From the IMG/VR virus record IMGVR_UViG_3300038520_001826: a stretch of DNA of 64,000 nucleotides; one strand, 5' to 3'. Both the position numbers and the translations under genes were made by a program. How positions within the stretch are numbered: position 1 is the stretch's first letter; each line of letters starts with the position of its first letter. This DNA is from an uncultured virus (IMG/VR IMGVR_UViG_3300038520_001826) (Duplodnaviria; Heunggongvirae; Uroviricota; Caudoviricetes). Below, piece by piece: positions 9,076-18,168 of the stretch. A model generated the notes under the pieces. That model was not told the DNA's origin. It searched no databases and worked only from the letters and a program-made list of their open reading frames with translations.

Positions 9076-9207
9076 TCAAACGGGCGGAAGGGGATTACAG
9101 TCTAAACAAGACTTCAATGTGTATCTATGTTCAGAGTCTCTACAAATCTTTGTCACTGCATGTCTAAATGCAGGTATTTCATTAATTACAATTGTTTCAT
9201 CAGTCAT
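9076..9207 (-). CDS. 43-aa Cys/His peptide (possible Zn finger), not in ORF track
   Basis: ATGA overlap with 9204 ORF; MTDETIVINEIPAFRHAVTKICRDSEHRYTLKSCLDCNPLPPV. Confidence 0.55.
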   Translation of the reverse strand: MTDETIVINEIPAFRHAVTKICRDSEHRYTLKSCLDCNPLPPV

Positions 9208-9461
9208 TCTTCTTCACCTTTTGTAAAATCAACGTTAGTGCCCATTGTTGGGTTTTCTTTAATAAATTCAAAATAGTTCTCGTAATCTGAAGCAATTACA
9301 ACCATATCATTCATATCGGCTGTAACTTTGAATCCTCTTGCTTCGAGATAATCAAGTATCTTTAGCAATTCATTGTCATCATTGAATTTGTATTTTCGTT
9401 CAACAAGTATTGTTCTGTCATGGTGTAGCATATTACCTATTCTTATGAAATTTGGCTCCAT
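9204..9461 (-). CDS. hypothetical protein
   Basis: ORF directly behind a TTAAATA box and operator (near-leaderless). Confidence 0.7.
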   Translation of the reverse strand: MEPNFIRIGNMLHHDRTILVERKYKFNDDNELLKILDYLEARGFKVTADMNDMVVIASDYENYFEFIKENPTMGTNVDFTKGEEE

Positions 9462-9506
9462 GTCCTAGAATCAATTAAAGGGTATTTAACGGGCTTGACA
9501 AAGACA

Positions 9507-9516
9507 ACCATATGGT
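9507..9516. promoter_or_regulatory. palindromic operator (copy 5) between divergent promoters
   Basis: TATA boxes at 9483-9489 (-) and 9538-9546 (+). Confidence 0.75.
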
Positions 9517-9576
9517 AATGCACTTTGGGACAGAACCTTAAATATACCCTATGAAACCTATAAACGGTGAAAGCCA

Positions 9577-9861
9577 ATGTGGAGAAAAAGACAAAAACCA
9601 CCAAAGGAAGTAGAAAAGGAAATTGAACAAGTTGCGAAAGTAGTTAGAGAGGTAATTGAGGGATTAAGCCCAGATTGGGAAATTCTTCAACTTCTCGTTC
9701 ACTCTCGTTCTGAAAGAGTTGTTTTGAATCAAGAACAACTAGCAAAGCACTATGAACGACGAATAAGGGCTAAACTCGGTATGTTGTATAGACAAGGCCG
9801 ATGGAATGGAAAACGCCCTATTGTTGTTAAACCAGTAAAGAGACTATGGGAGGAAGAATGA
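9577..9861 (+). CDS. hypothetical protein, truncated paralog family A (member 4)
   Basis: VHSRS and LYRQGRWNG align with the C-terminal half of the family. Confidence 0.65.
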   Translation: MWRKRQKPPKEVEKEIEQVAKVVREVIEGLSPDWEILQLLVHSRSERVVLNQEQLAKHYERRIRAKLGMLYRQGRWNGKRPIVVKPVKRLWEEE

Positions 9862-10196
9862 TGGTATCAGCGAAGCATTTTGAGGCATTTGCTGGTTGGG
9901 TTGCTAAAGAGGAAATGATGGGAATTGAAGAAAATAGGGTTGAAAGCCTATGTGTTCTTCTTGAATCCTTCAATCCTAACTTTGACAAAGGGCGATTTAT
10001 TGCCCGTTGTGATGAATTGCAGGGTTTTGAGCGTGGAAAGTTTGGTTTTCCTATCTCTTCTCAAAATATGCCCGATTTAGTCCTTCATAACCTTCTTGGG
10101 TATCTTTCAAAGGCTGAAACACAAAAAGAGCGAATAGGCATTCAAGAATGCATTGACGCTACTTTGAAGGTTTTTCCTCATTTGAAGCCAGATTGA
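9858..10196 (+). CDS. hypothetical protein
   Basis: ATGA overlap and GGAGG RBS; NPNFDKGRFIARC segment. Confidence 0.7.
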   Translation: MMVSAKHFEAFAGWVAKEEMMGIEENRVESLCVLLESFNPNFDKGRFIARCDELQGFERGKFGFPISSQNMPDLVLHNLLGYLSKAETQKERIGIQECIDATLKVFPHLKPD

Positions 10197-10332
10197 GCCT
10201 TTAACCCCTCAAACGTGCGTGTCCTAAGCATGACCATAAAAACTGCTTGGCTTCGGCCATTTTTTAGCCCCTACCCTCCCTGTGAATTAATCACCTATTA
10301 TCGAAAGAACATAATGTTTAATTAATTCAACA

Positions 10333-10565
10333 ACCATATGGTATTGTTAATTTATGCGTTATGCATTAGGGTATTATGCTATTATATGTAATCTATATAG
10401 ATAATCTTAGAAATATATAGATATGACTCTTATTAAGCCAATTATAGCCAAAATAATAGGCCGTTAATCAATACACCATAAATAAATTAAAACGTCGTTA
10501 TGCACTATGCATTGGCATATTAACGCCCTATTATTCTAAATAAAAATAATACACAACCATATGGC
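10333..10565. promoter_or_regulatory. palindromic operator copies 6 (10333) and 7 (10556, variant) in an AT-rich spacer
   Basis: CAACCATATGGT and CAACCATATGGC. Confidence 0.6.
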
Positions 10566-10777
10566 TTTGTTCCAATTTTTATTTTTATATATGAACAATG
10601 CATCATTGAGCATTTAAGCTTAAATAATGCATTATTAATCACTTTAGCAGCCATAATTAAGTCTAAACAACCTATTTAGCATCAATGCATCGAATTAGTT
10701 TGCAAGATATGGTTAAAATGTTAAACCTAACAATGCTTATAATATAGACTGAACTACCTAACCTTGAGGCAAGATAT

Positions 10778-11005
10778 ATGCCAACAAAAGATGATGTAAT
10801 TAGCAATATACAGACTATTACAAAACAAATAAACGAAATACTCCTAATAATAAAAGAAAACAGAAGAAAGGGTATTAATGAAGGAAATAAGGTTAATTTA
10901 TTAGCATTAAAAGAAATACAATCAAATTTAAATAGACTTAAAAAACAAGTTACTGATATTATAAATCCAAATACTAGACAAACCAGTTTTGATGAATATA
11001 GATAA
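10778..11005 (+). CDS. small coiled-coil protein with PIP-box-like C-terminus
   Basis: Heptad pattern; ends QTSFDEYR. Confidence 0.45.
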   Translation: MPTKDDVISNIQTITKQINEILLIIKENRRKGINEGNKVNLLALKEIQSNLNRLKKQVTDIINPNTRQTSFDEYR

Positions 11006-11129
11006 ATAATTAAAAGTGAATGATTAATTGTTAAAGTTTTATTCTGGAAATACAATTATTAACAAAATTTTATAAACGCAAGTGCCGAAAAAATTCCAGC
11101 CCAAATTTTGAGAAATTTTAGGTGATATT

Positions 11130-11357
11130 ATGTGGGAAGATATAATTAAACTCAAACGAGAAGAATTTGCAGATGAATTAGTTGAAGAAATAAGAGAAGA
11201 ATTAGGTTCTCTTATTGATGATTTATCCCGTATGCAAATTACAAGAGATGAAGCAGGTAGATTAACAGAAAAACATAGAGTCCGAATTGATGCAAAAATG
11301 ACTGTTCTTTATGCAATTCAGGATTATATTCGAGATGAATTAGAGCCTAGCGAATAA
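11130..11357 (+). CDS. W-tagged small protein (MWEDIIK)
   Basis: AGGTGA RBS; shared N-terminal tag. Confidence 0.8.
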   Translation: MWEDIIKLKREEFADELVEEIREELGSLIDDLSRMQITRDEAGRLTEKHRVRIDAKMTVLYAIQDYIRDELEPSE

Positions 11358-11366
11358 GGTGATATT

Positions 11367-11657
11367 ATGTGGAAAGATGAAATTAAAAAACAGTCAGATA
11401 AAAAAATATCAAACGCATTTAGACCATTACAAGAAGCAATCTTACACTTAGAAGTATTAGGATATGATGTAATGCAAAATGCTATTGATGAACATTTTCC
11501 GATGAAATCGTTAAATGTTGATGCAAGAGAGGTAATGGAAATTCTCAAAACGTATGTGAGCGCATTAATAAACCTTCAATATGTTAGTTCTAAGCCTAAA
11601 GAGTCTGAAACAAGAAGCCCCATTGAAAGTAGAGATACTACATTTTCGGATGATTGA
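11367..11657 (+). CDS. W-tagged small protein (MWKDEIKK)
   Basis: AGGTGA RBS; tag. Confidence 0.8.
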   Translation: MWKDEIKKQSDKKISNAFRPLQEAILHLEVLGYDVMQNAIDEHFPMKSLNVDAREVMEILKTYVSALINLQYVSSKPKESETRSPIESRDTTFSDD

Positions 11658-11661
11658 TATT

Positions 11662-11868
11662 ATGTGGAAAGATACAATTAACAAGAAAAGGTCATTTGAA
11701 AGTGGCCCGACAAGAGAAATGGTTGAACAGGATTTAAATGAATTAACTGAAAATTTAGACTATGCTATGGCTCTTGCTATGAGAGTTAATAAAACAAGAG
11801 ATGCTAAGGAACTTATACAATTACTTCAAAGAGCGCAATACTTAGTAAGTCAAAGATTAAGAAGGTAA
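11662..11868 (+). CDS. W-tagged small protein (MWKDTINK)
   Basis: Start re-assigned to the TGATATTATGTGGAAAGA repeat. Confidence 0.75.
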   Translation: MWKDTINKKRSFESGPTREMVEQDLNELTENLDYAMALAMRVNKTRDAKELIQLLQRAQYLVSQRLRR

Positions 11869-11976
11869 TCATATGACAAGATGCAAATTACTCGACCAAT
11901 GGTTTGATTCAGAATCAAAGCGTTTAGATAAAGAAGAAGAAAAACAAAAGAAAGACTTGATTACAGGTGAGAAAAA

Positions 11977-12195
11977 ATGACTTGGCAAACAGAAATAAGG
12001 AAAAATGAAATTAAGAAGAAAATTGACGCAAATCTTGAAGTGAAGATGAATAAAGCAATTAGTGATATTAACTCTATGATGCAACCTTTCCTTGAAGCGG
12101 GCTTTCTTGATTATGACGAACATCAAATGGCATTTGTTGATATTACAGATAAAATCATGAATAGAATGATGGCTCATGCAACAGACTTGGATTGA
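11977..12195 (+). CDS. W-tagged small protein (MTWQTEIRK)
   Basis: AGGTGA RBS; tag. Confidence 0.75.
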   Translation: MTWQTEIRKNEIKKKIDANLEVKMNKAISDINSMMQPFLEAGFLDYDEHQMAFVDITDKIMNRMMAHATDLD

Positions 12196-12199
12196 TATT

Positions 12200-12370
12200 A
12201 TGTGGAAAGAAATAGTCAAGTATGATGAAAAGGATGTGGCAGACCGCATTCAAAAAACTGGCTATTGTAGAACTTGTAAGCAAATGGTAACTAAATACCA
12301 AAGATGTCCATTAAGATTGCCAGCACCACCTGTTAAACCAAGTTGCCCAATGCGTGAAATGGAGGATTAA
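12200..12370 (+). CDS. W-tagged Cys-rich peptide (MWKEIVK)
   Basis: Tag; CxxC...C...C. Confidence 0.7.
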   Translation: MWKEIVKYDEKDVADRIQKTGYCRTCKQMVTKYQRCPLRLPAPPVKPSCPMREMED

Positions 12371-12372
12371 TT

Positions 12373-12843
12373 ATGAATTGGTTTGATTTACTTAAACTTG
12401 ATTTTGCAGGATATGATGCAAAAGGATTCCTTGAGCATTTGCAAGATACTTTAGGTGGAGATGTTAGTGAAAAGAAAGAAGGTAGCATTAATGTATTTTC
12501 TTTAGATTATGACGAAGGCTACATTAAATTAAGAAGAAGAAAGGATGGAGCATTCTTTGTTATTACACACAAGGGCTCATTTTCAGAAGATAAGAAATTC
12601 AATAAGCCTACTTATAATCTAAAGAAGATTGTAGATGAGTTACTGGATTATTTGCAAGATGCTGAAACTTTTGAGAAGTTTGACATCGATGGTCTTGATT
12701 TTTCAAAGGCTACTCCAGAAGAACAACTTTCATGGTTTAATTCATTAAAAGCGGGGGGTGCAGTAACTACTGCTACACCTGCAATTATTAACGTAAGATA
12801 TTCAAAGAAAAAGGAGGATGAAGAATTTGGTCAAAAAGACTAA
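12373..12843 (+). CDS. W-tagged protein (MNWFDLLK)
   Basis: GGAGG RBS; tag plus internal SWFNSLK. Confidence 0.8.
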   Translation: MNWFDLLKLDFAGYDAKGFLEHLQDTLGGDVSEKKEGSINVFSLDYDEGYIKLRRRKDGAFFVITHKGSFSEDKKFNKPTYNLKKIVDELLDYLQDAETFEKFDIDGLDFSKATPEEQLSWFNSLKAGGAVTTATPAIINVRYSKKKEDEEFGQKD

Positions 12844-13885
12844 AAAGAATGTTGTTTCTTTGAATGGGACTACTATTGAATTTACTCCTTACGAGTTTGT
12901 TACTAATTATAACAAGTGGAAAGAAACTATGAAAGGAGTTTCTGCGGGTTCTATTTATTCGACCAAAGACCTTTATGAAACTGTTGATAGTCATGTTAAT
13001 ACTGCTACTAGAAGAGGAAGGTCTAAAAATTCTGGAAGTAAGGGGGCTTTTACAGTAATTGCCGATATTGAAGAACTAATTATGCAAGGCAAGCAAATTT
13101 TTACAAAAGAAGATTTACAACTATTGAAGAAGTTTGAAGACATACTAGAGGGTTTTCTAGCAAGTCCTACCTTAAATCCACAGAATGTCAAATTTACAAA
13201 GCCTAAAGAATGGAGAGTTAGCAAAGATGGTAAAAGGATAATTATTACTGATGATGACCCTGTTGATTATTATGGGCATTTTGTCGATTTAGGAACAGAT
13301 AAAACTTCTTACTTCCGAGCAAGGAATAAAATCAATGAAGAAACTGAAGGTAAAAAGGGTATTAGTTTAAGCGGTTGGAAAGAGGAGTGGTCAAGTGATA
13401 AAAAGAATACTGCAAAACCCCCACTTTATATGGCACTTTATGAAAAATATGCTGGACAGGATGGGTTATTGCCAATTATTAAAGCAGCCATTAAAGAACT
13501 TGAAGAAAAGGGATATGATGTTACAATTACTAAATTGCGACAAGCAAATAAATTAGCAAGGATTCCTGAAATTAGAAGAGTTATTTCTGGTCTTTTGAAA
13601 AGAAGAGCATTATTTGATGGTGGGGATTTTAAAACAAATAATGCAAGAACTGAACTTAAGAGTAAAGTTATTGAGTTAAGTGAACAATCAGCAGAAAGAC
13701 TTAGCGTTATTCTTTATGGAGAAGTTCTTGCGGGGGATTTAGGCCAAGTTCAATTAGACTTGACAAAACCTGCTATGAAGAGATTAATTGAATTAGCGGT
13801 GGTTACAAGGACTTCTGAATTAAAGGATAGAAAATCACCAAGCGGAGAACCTATTGTTCTTAAATCATGGAAGATGATATTATGA
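12818..13885 (+). CDS. hypothetical protein (head region)
   Basis: 355-aa ORF; ends VLKSWKMIL. Confidence 0.85.
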   Translation: MKNLVKKTKKNVVSLNGTTIEFTPYEFVTNYNKWKETMKGVSAGSIYSTKDLYETVDSHVNTATRRGRSKNSGSKGAFTVIADIEELIMQGKQIFTKEDLQLLKKFEDILEGFLASPTLNPQNVKFTKPKEWRVSKDGKRIIITDDDPVDYYGHFVDLGTDKTSYFRARNKINEETEGKKGISLSGWKEEWSSDKKNTAKPPLYMALYEKYAGQDGLLPIIKAAIKELEEKGYDVTITKLRQANKLARIPEIRRVISGLLKRRALFDGGDFKTNNARTELKSKVIELSEQSAERLSVILYGEVLAGDLGQVQLDLTKPAMKRLIELAVVTRTSELKDRKSPSGEPIVLKSWKMIL

Positions 13886-14382
13886 GTTGGAAAGATATTC
13901 TGAAAGGCGAAGAAGTTCATCCTAGTGTTAGAGGATACATTAAGGATAGAGATACTAAAATTGAAAGACAAAGACCAAAGGATGATAAAACTTTATTCCA
14001 ATTAGATGTTATGAATCGCTTTAGAGATTTTGCTATAAGGGTGATAGGTTTGAATTTTAGTGGAAGAACTGATATGAGAAACGAAAAGGGTGAAATAAAA
14101 ATGCCACTTACCATATCAGTAATACAACTTTTAAAGAAATATCGTAATAAGGAGCATTATCTTGGAGATGCTGAACCTTTTCTTATAACCCCAGCAGAAT
14201 TCATCGAAAAGGAAAGAAAGTTAGCAGAAGTCATTATTGACCAGATAGTAGACACACTTAAGGTATTTCCTAAATCGGAAGATATTGAAGCATACAATCC
14301 CGATGATGGTTATACTCCAAACTTCGTTAGATATGCTAAATCCAAACTTCCTAGATTATCTGTTTCTATGGTAACTGATTGA
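13882..14382 (+). CDS. W-tagged protein (MSWKDILKGEEVHPSV)
   Basis: Tag; extended N-terminus shared with 14393. Confidence 0.8.
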   Translation: MSWKDILKGEEVHPSVRGYIKDRDTKIERQRPKDDKTLFQLDVMNRFRDFAIRVIGLNFSGRTDMRNEKGEIKMPLTISVIQLLKKYRNKEHYLGDAEPFLITPAEFIEKERKLAEVIIDQIVDTLKVFPKSEDIEAYNPDDGYTPNFVRYAKSKLPRLSVSMVTD

Positions 14383-14392
14383 GGTGAATGAA

Positions 14393-14905
14393 ATGAATTG
14401 GAAAAAAATATTGAAAGGTGAAGAGATACATCCTTCTGTTGAAGGTCATGTTGAAAGAGGTCAAAGAGCATTACAAGCATTAAAAGAAAATGTACGTACT
14501 TTGGAGAATACATATAATACTGTACCGCTAAGTCCAAAAGAAGAAAAAGAAATGATGAAAAAAATCAAAGACCTTCACGCTGATATTAACAGACTACAAG
14601 TATATTATGAAAGGCATGGAATGTCTCCACGTTATGATGATAGAAACGTTAAATTTACGAGAGAAAGGGAAACAATAGATGAAGATGATGAAAAGGCTTT
14701 AAGAAGATTAGATAGAAAAACTTCAGATGCATTAGACAAAAGAGTTTTAGAACTTGTAAGGGCAAAAAAGATTACTAATTATGAGAAAGGTCTTTTGTAT
14801 AATGCAATAAATAATGGATGGCGTGATGATTATAAACGCTTAAGGGAACTCGCTAAAGAAATTGGTGTCTCCTTTGACGATGCTTTTACATCTGCAAAAC
14901 AATGA
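14393..14905 (+). CDS. W-tagged protein (MNWKKILKGEEIHPSV)
   Basis: GAGGTGA RBS; tag. Confidence 0.8.
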   Translation: MNWKKILKGEEIHPSVEGHVERGQRALQALKENVRTLENTYNTVPLSPKEEKEMMKKIKDLHADINRLQVYYERHGMSPRYDDRNVKFTRERETIDEDDEKALRRLDRKTSDALDKRVLELVRAKKITNYEKGLLYNAINNGWRDDYKRLRELAKEIGVSFDDAFTSAKQ

Positions 14906-14915
14906 GGTGAATAAA

Positions 14916-15572
14916 ATGGTTACTCGTAAGCGTTGTGGATTTTGTCAGCATGAGGATAGAGAAGAACTTGAATCCATGTTAGAGACAGGACAAACCAGTT
15001 GCGACGTTTTAGACGCAAACAACGGTTGGAGAAGTGGAACTGCGGCACAGCATCAAAGAAACCACATGGGTAATTATGAGATGAGTTCAAATCCTCGATG
15101 CGTTCTATGCACAGACCCTATGAGGAAACACTATGAAATAGCCTTATCTGAAGGTAATATCACAAGTGATGCAGTTTCCGAAGCATTAGGCACAACAAAA
15201 CAACAGGTGCAACGGCACATGAAGCACCACTTAACGCCATTGGTGCAGAAATCTGCGGCCTCCTTGATAGCGAAAAAGGAAGTAAATGAAGTTGATTTAC
15301 TTTCTGCGAATGTCCAACGCTTAGATATGAAATTAGATGAAGTATTCGCTATGGATGATTTAGACCCAAAGGTGATTGATAGTTTGACTAAACTCGCAAG
15401 AGAGATTAGAGAATCATTAAAGTATCTTATGGAGTTCAAAGGTAAATTGGTTCATAAGAGACAAGATACAGTTATTTTCGCACAGATGCAAATTGTTCAA
15501 GAAGTTCTTGCTCAGAACAATCCTGAAGTTTGGCTTGAGATTAAGAAAGAAATGCAGGAGAGGCTACAATGA
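14916..15572 (+). CDS. double Zn-finger/HTH protein with helical C-terminus; probable terminase small subunit
   Basis: Two CxxC...HxxxH repeats (CGFC...HQRNH; CVLC...HMKHH); upstream of TerL; GAGGTGA RBS. TerS call is inference. Confidence 0.55.
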   Translation: MVTRKRCGFCQHEDREELESMLETGQTSCDVLDANNGWRSGTAAQHQRNHMGNYEMSSNPRCVLCTDPMRKHYEIALSEGNITSDAVSEALGTTKQQVQRHMKHHLTPLVQKSAASLIAKKEVNEVDLLSANVQRLDMKLDEVFAMDDLDPKVIDSLTKLAREIRESLKYLMEFKGKLVHKRQDTVIFAQMQIVQEVLAQNNPEVWLEIKKEMQERLQ

Positions 15573-15769
15573 ATTGGAAAGAGGAAATTAAAAAACAAGA
15601 TTCAAAGACGAGTTTAGAAAGTCTGTTGCGAGAGATAAATAGAGATATGCAAAACCTTGACTCAAATCCCGAAAAAGAATATAATTCAAGAATTATTAAA
15701 ATTAAAATGTCAAGTTATAAAGAACAAGTAGAAAGAATTTTACAAAAAATGCAGGAGAGACTACAATGA
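15569..15769 (+). CDS. W-tagged small protein (MNWKEEIKK) flanked by a 28-bp direct repeat
   Basis: Tag; ends MQERLQ like the upstream gene. Confidence 0.75.
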   Translation: MNWKEEIKKQDSKTSLESLLREINRDMQNLDSNPEKEYNSRIIKIKMSSYKEQVERILQKMQERLQ

Positions 15770-16089
15770 ATTGGGAGAATCTAATTAAAAGAAGTGGGAT
15801 GGCATATATATTATTTAAAAATAGAACTGGTAGTTTGCCACCTGACCATGTAATTGAGGCTGGCTACGGAGAAATTGACGGCTATCCTGTTAAAGCATTT
15901 TCTTCATATAAGATTCTATATGATTTTCTATTAAGACAGAAACTTATGGAGTTAGAGCCTAACAATGTAGAAAGTGGGGGAACGCCTGTTTTCGATACTT
16001 ATAAAACTAAAGAATTTAAAGAAAAATTAGGGAAAGAAGGACTTTATGTTGTTACTGTGCCACTTGATACTATGGGGGATATTGAATGA
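15766..16089 (+). CDS. W-tagged protein (MNWENLIK)
   Basis: ATGA overlap; tag. Confidence 0.75.
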   Translation: MNWENLIKRSGMAYILFKNRTGSLPPDHVIEAGYGEIDGYPVKAFSSYKILYDFLLRQKLMELEPNNVESGGTPVFDTYKTKEFKEKLGKEGLYVVTVPLDTMGDIE

Positions 16090-16370
16090 GTTGGGAAAAG
16101 ATATTAAAAAGAGAATCTTGTTGCGAAAATGCTAAGAATCGAGTTAGGTCAATATTTACTGATAGAATAGAAAGAATAAAAAGAGGTGATGGGTTCGGTA
16201 GCATAGAAAATGAGCGTCAGAATATAGAAACTTTAGAAATGCTAGATTGCGATGAATTAAAGGATTATCTAAGATATGAAGTTCGTCGGATGAAGAACGA
16301 CCCTACTAAAGATGAATTGTTATTCAAAGAAATACTAGAAGAATGGAACACTTGTGAAGATAATAGGTGA
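16086..16370 (+). CDS. W-tagged protein (MSWEKILK)
   Basis: ATGA overlap; tag; CC...C...C. Confidence 0.75.
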   Translation: MSWEKILKRESCCENAKNRVRSIFTDRIERIKRGDGFGSIENERQNIETLEMLDCDELKDYLRYEVRRMKNDPTKDELLFKEILEEWNTCEDNR

Positions 16371-16377
16371 AAAAGAA

Positions 16378-18168
16378 ATGAACTGGCAATTCGTCTTGAA
16401 GGCTAGACCTTCTCCTAACACTGTGTTAGTTGAAATTGTTATTGCTTTTGACGAATTATACAATACTCTTAGCAGTGGTAAAATGGGAAGTGCTTCAACT
16501 GGTTCAGGTGTTTTCAAGAAAATGTTTAGGGAAAATCCTGATTTAGATACTAATTTTGAAACAGTTAGAAAAGTATATGGACAATATTCCTTATCTCATT
16601 TTTTGGAACATATTACTGAAAAGGAATTTCTTGATAGATTTTCTAAGGTTAAAGAACTACTTACTCAAAAGACAAAAAGAACCGACTATAATGAAAAATT
16701 TTTCCAAGAACTCTTCTCTTCTAAGAAAAATCCAACAAATATTAAAGAATTGTTGGTAATTTATCAGAAAAAGATTGCTGATAGTGTTCCTAAGCAGACC
16801 CGTTCGGATTATATTAAGAACAATGTAGAAAATACTGCAAGAATTCAGTCATTATACAAGAAAAATCAAGAAAAACCGACAGTTGAGCAATTTAGAAAGA
16901 ACGAAGTGCCTAATTTTGACTACGTTTTGGTGAAAGTGATAGTCGAGGGAAAAGAAAAACCCAAAAAAACGGGCTGGACAACCGATGGAAATGCTTTACT
17001 TAAGGTCTTTGAAGAAAATTCGGACAAAATTGAGTCGGAAGTAGCAAAAATTGACAACGTTTCCGAAACAAAAGTCATTTTTTCACCAATTCGCAAGAAT
17101 TTTGGAGAAAAAACCTCTCTCGAAATAGAAACTACTGCAAAAAACTACAATGCAGTAGAGGTAAATCAAGCAAATATCGCAAATTATCTAAATGTTATTG
17201 AATATTTGCCAAGTGTTAGTAATCTTAGTAAATTAGACAAGCAAATTTTTGCAGTGAACGTTGAGAAAATCAAAAATGTTGGATTATTTGGCAGTAAATT
17301 ATCAAATGTTCGACAATTATTAAGAGAAGTAATTACATCAGAACCACAAGCCCTAATTGCTAAGTTTTCACAAGAACAATTTAAGAATAGGAGAAAATTT
17401 GGACAATATTTCCTACAAGATAAAGGAATTCCAGAAGCCGAACAATCTACTAAACTAGATACTTTTTTAAGGCAATATACTTTGTTAAAAGATAGAGAAC
17501 TCTCCTCTAAAGATTATGAAGAAAAGCCCATGGATGAAAAGATTATTGTTTCCCAAGATGATTTTAGAACCTATAACGAATTTAAAAACGGCTATGATAG
17601 ATTAATGAGAAATGTTCAGCAAGGAACCGTTGATGAGGACTTTAATGAGAAAATAGGAGCATTACCTTTTACTGATTTATTGAAACAAGTCGTTGATGAG
17701 GGAAGAGAAGATGAAACTGAAGTAGTAAGCATAACTCAAGTATCTAATGCCATTAAAACCCTATTGGATAAAACTGATAGGAGTTTCCTCAACATTCTAT
17801 TAATTGTGTCATTTTTAGGATACGGTTCAAGAAACGGTTCTGAAATTTTTAAAGTAATAGATGACTACGAAAGCGAGATGAAGAAAAAAAGAAAGGAATT
17901 AAGAGAAAGGACTAAAAAATGGAGACAAGGGGGAAAACAAGGAAAAAAACCAGTTGCTGAGAACCCTCCTAACAAAGAATTTAATTCCAAACTCGAAAAA
18001 CTATTCATCGAAAATCTAAACGCATTTAAAGAAAAACTATTTGAAGCAGTTAATACTCTATTGCAAGGTATTGCACAAAAAGAAGATGAAAAGTATTTTT
18101 CAATCGCTAACAACAACAAACTTATAAGCAAGTTAGTAGAAAGCAAATTGTTGGAGGAAGCACAATGA
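16378..18168 (+). CDS. large W-tagged helical protein (MNWQFVLK), putative internal virion protein
   Basis: AGGTGA RBS; tag; K/E-rich. Confidence 0.8.
   Translation: MNWQFVLKARPSPNTVLVEIVIAFDELYNTLSSGKMGSASTGSGVFKKMFRENPDLDTNFETVRKVYGQYSLSHFLEHITEKEFLDRFSKVKELLTQKTKRTDYNEKFFQELFSSKKNPTNIKELLVIYQKKIADSVPKQTRSDYIKNNVENTARIQSLYKKNQEKPTVEQFRKNEVPNFDYVLVKVIVEGKEKPKKTGWTTDGNALLKVFEENSDKIESEVAKIDNVSETKVIFSPIRKNFGEKTSLEIETTAKNYNAVEVNQANIANYLNVIEYLPSVSNLSKLDKQIFAVNVEKIKNVGLFGSKLSNVRQLLREVITSEPQALIAKFSQEQFKNRRKFGQYFLQDKGIPEAEQSTKLDTFLRQYTLLKDRELSSKDYEEKPMDEKIIVSQDDFRTYNEFKNGYDRLMRNVQQGTVDEDFNEKIGALPFTDLLKQVVDEGREDETEVVSITQVSNAIKTLLDKTDRSFLNILLIVSFLGYGSRNGSEIFKVIDDYESEMKKKRKELRERTKKWRQGGKQGKKPVAENPPNKEFNSKLEKLFIENLNAFKEKLFEAVNTLLQGIAQKEDEKYFSIANNNKLISKLVESKLLEEAQ

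Noticed and set aside
9150..9203. Hammerhead ribozyme (CUGAUGA...GAAA on minus strand; CUGAUGA also at about 6678)
   Set aside because: Stems I and III and the cleavage triplet cannot be formed; the 9150-9203 segment is better explained as a coupled 43-aa ORF
6746..10565. CRISPR array made of the ACCATATGGT repeats
   Set aside because: Repeats are only 10-14 bp, irregularly spaced by hundreds of bp, with genes in between
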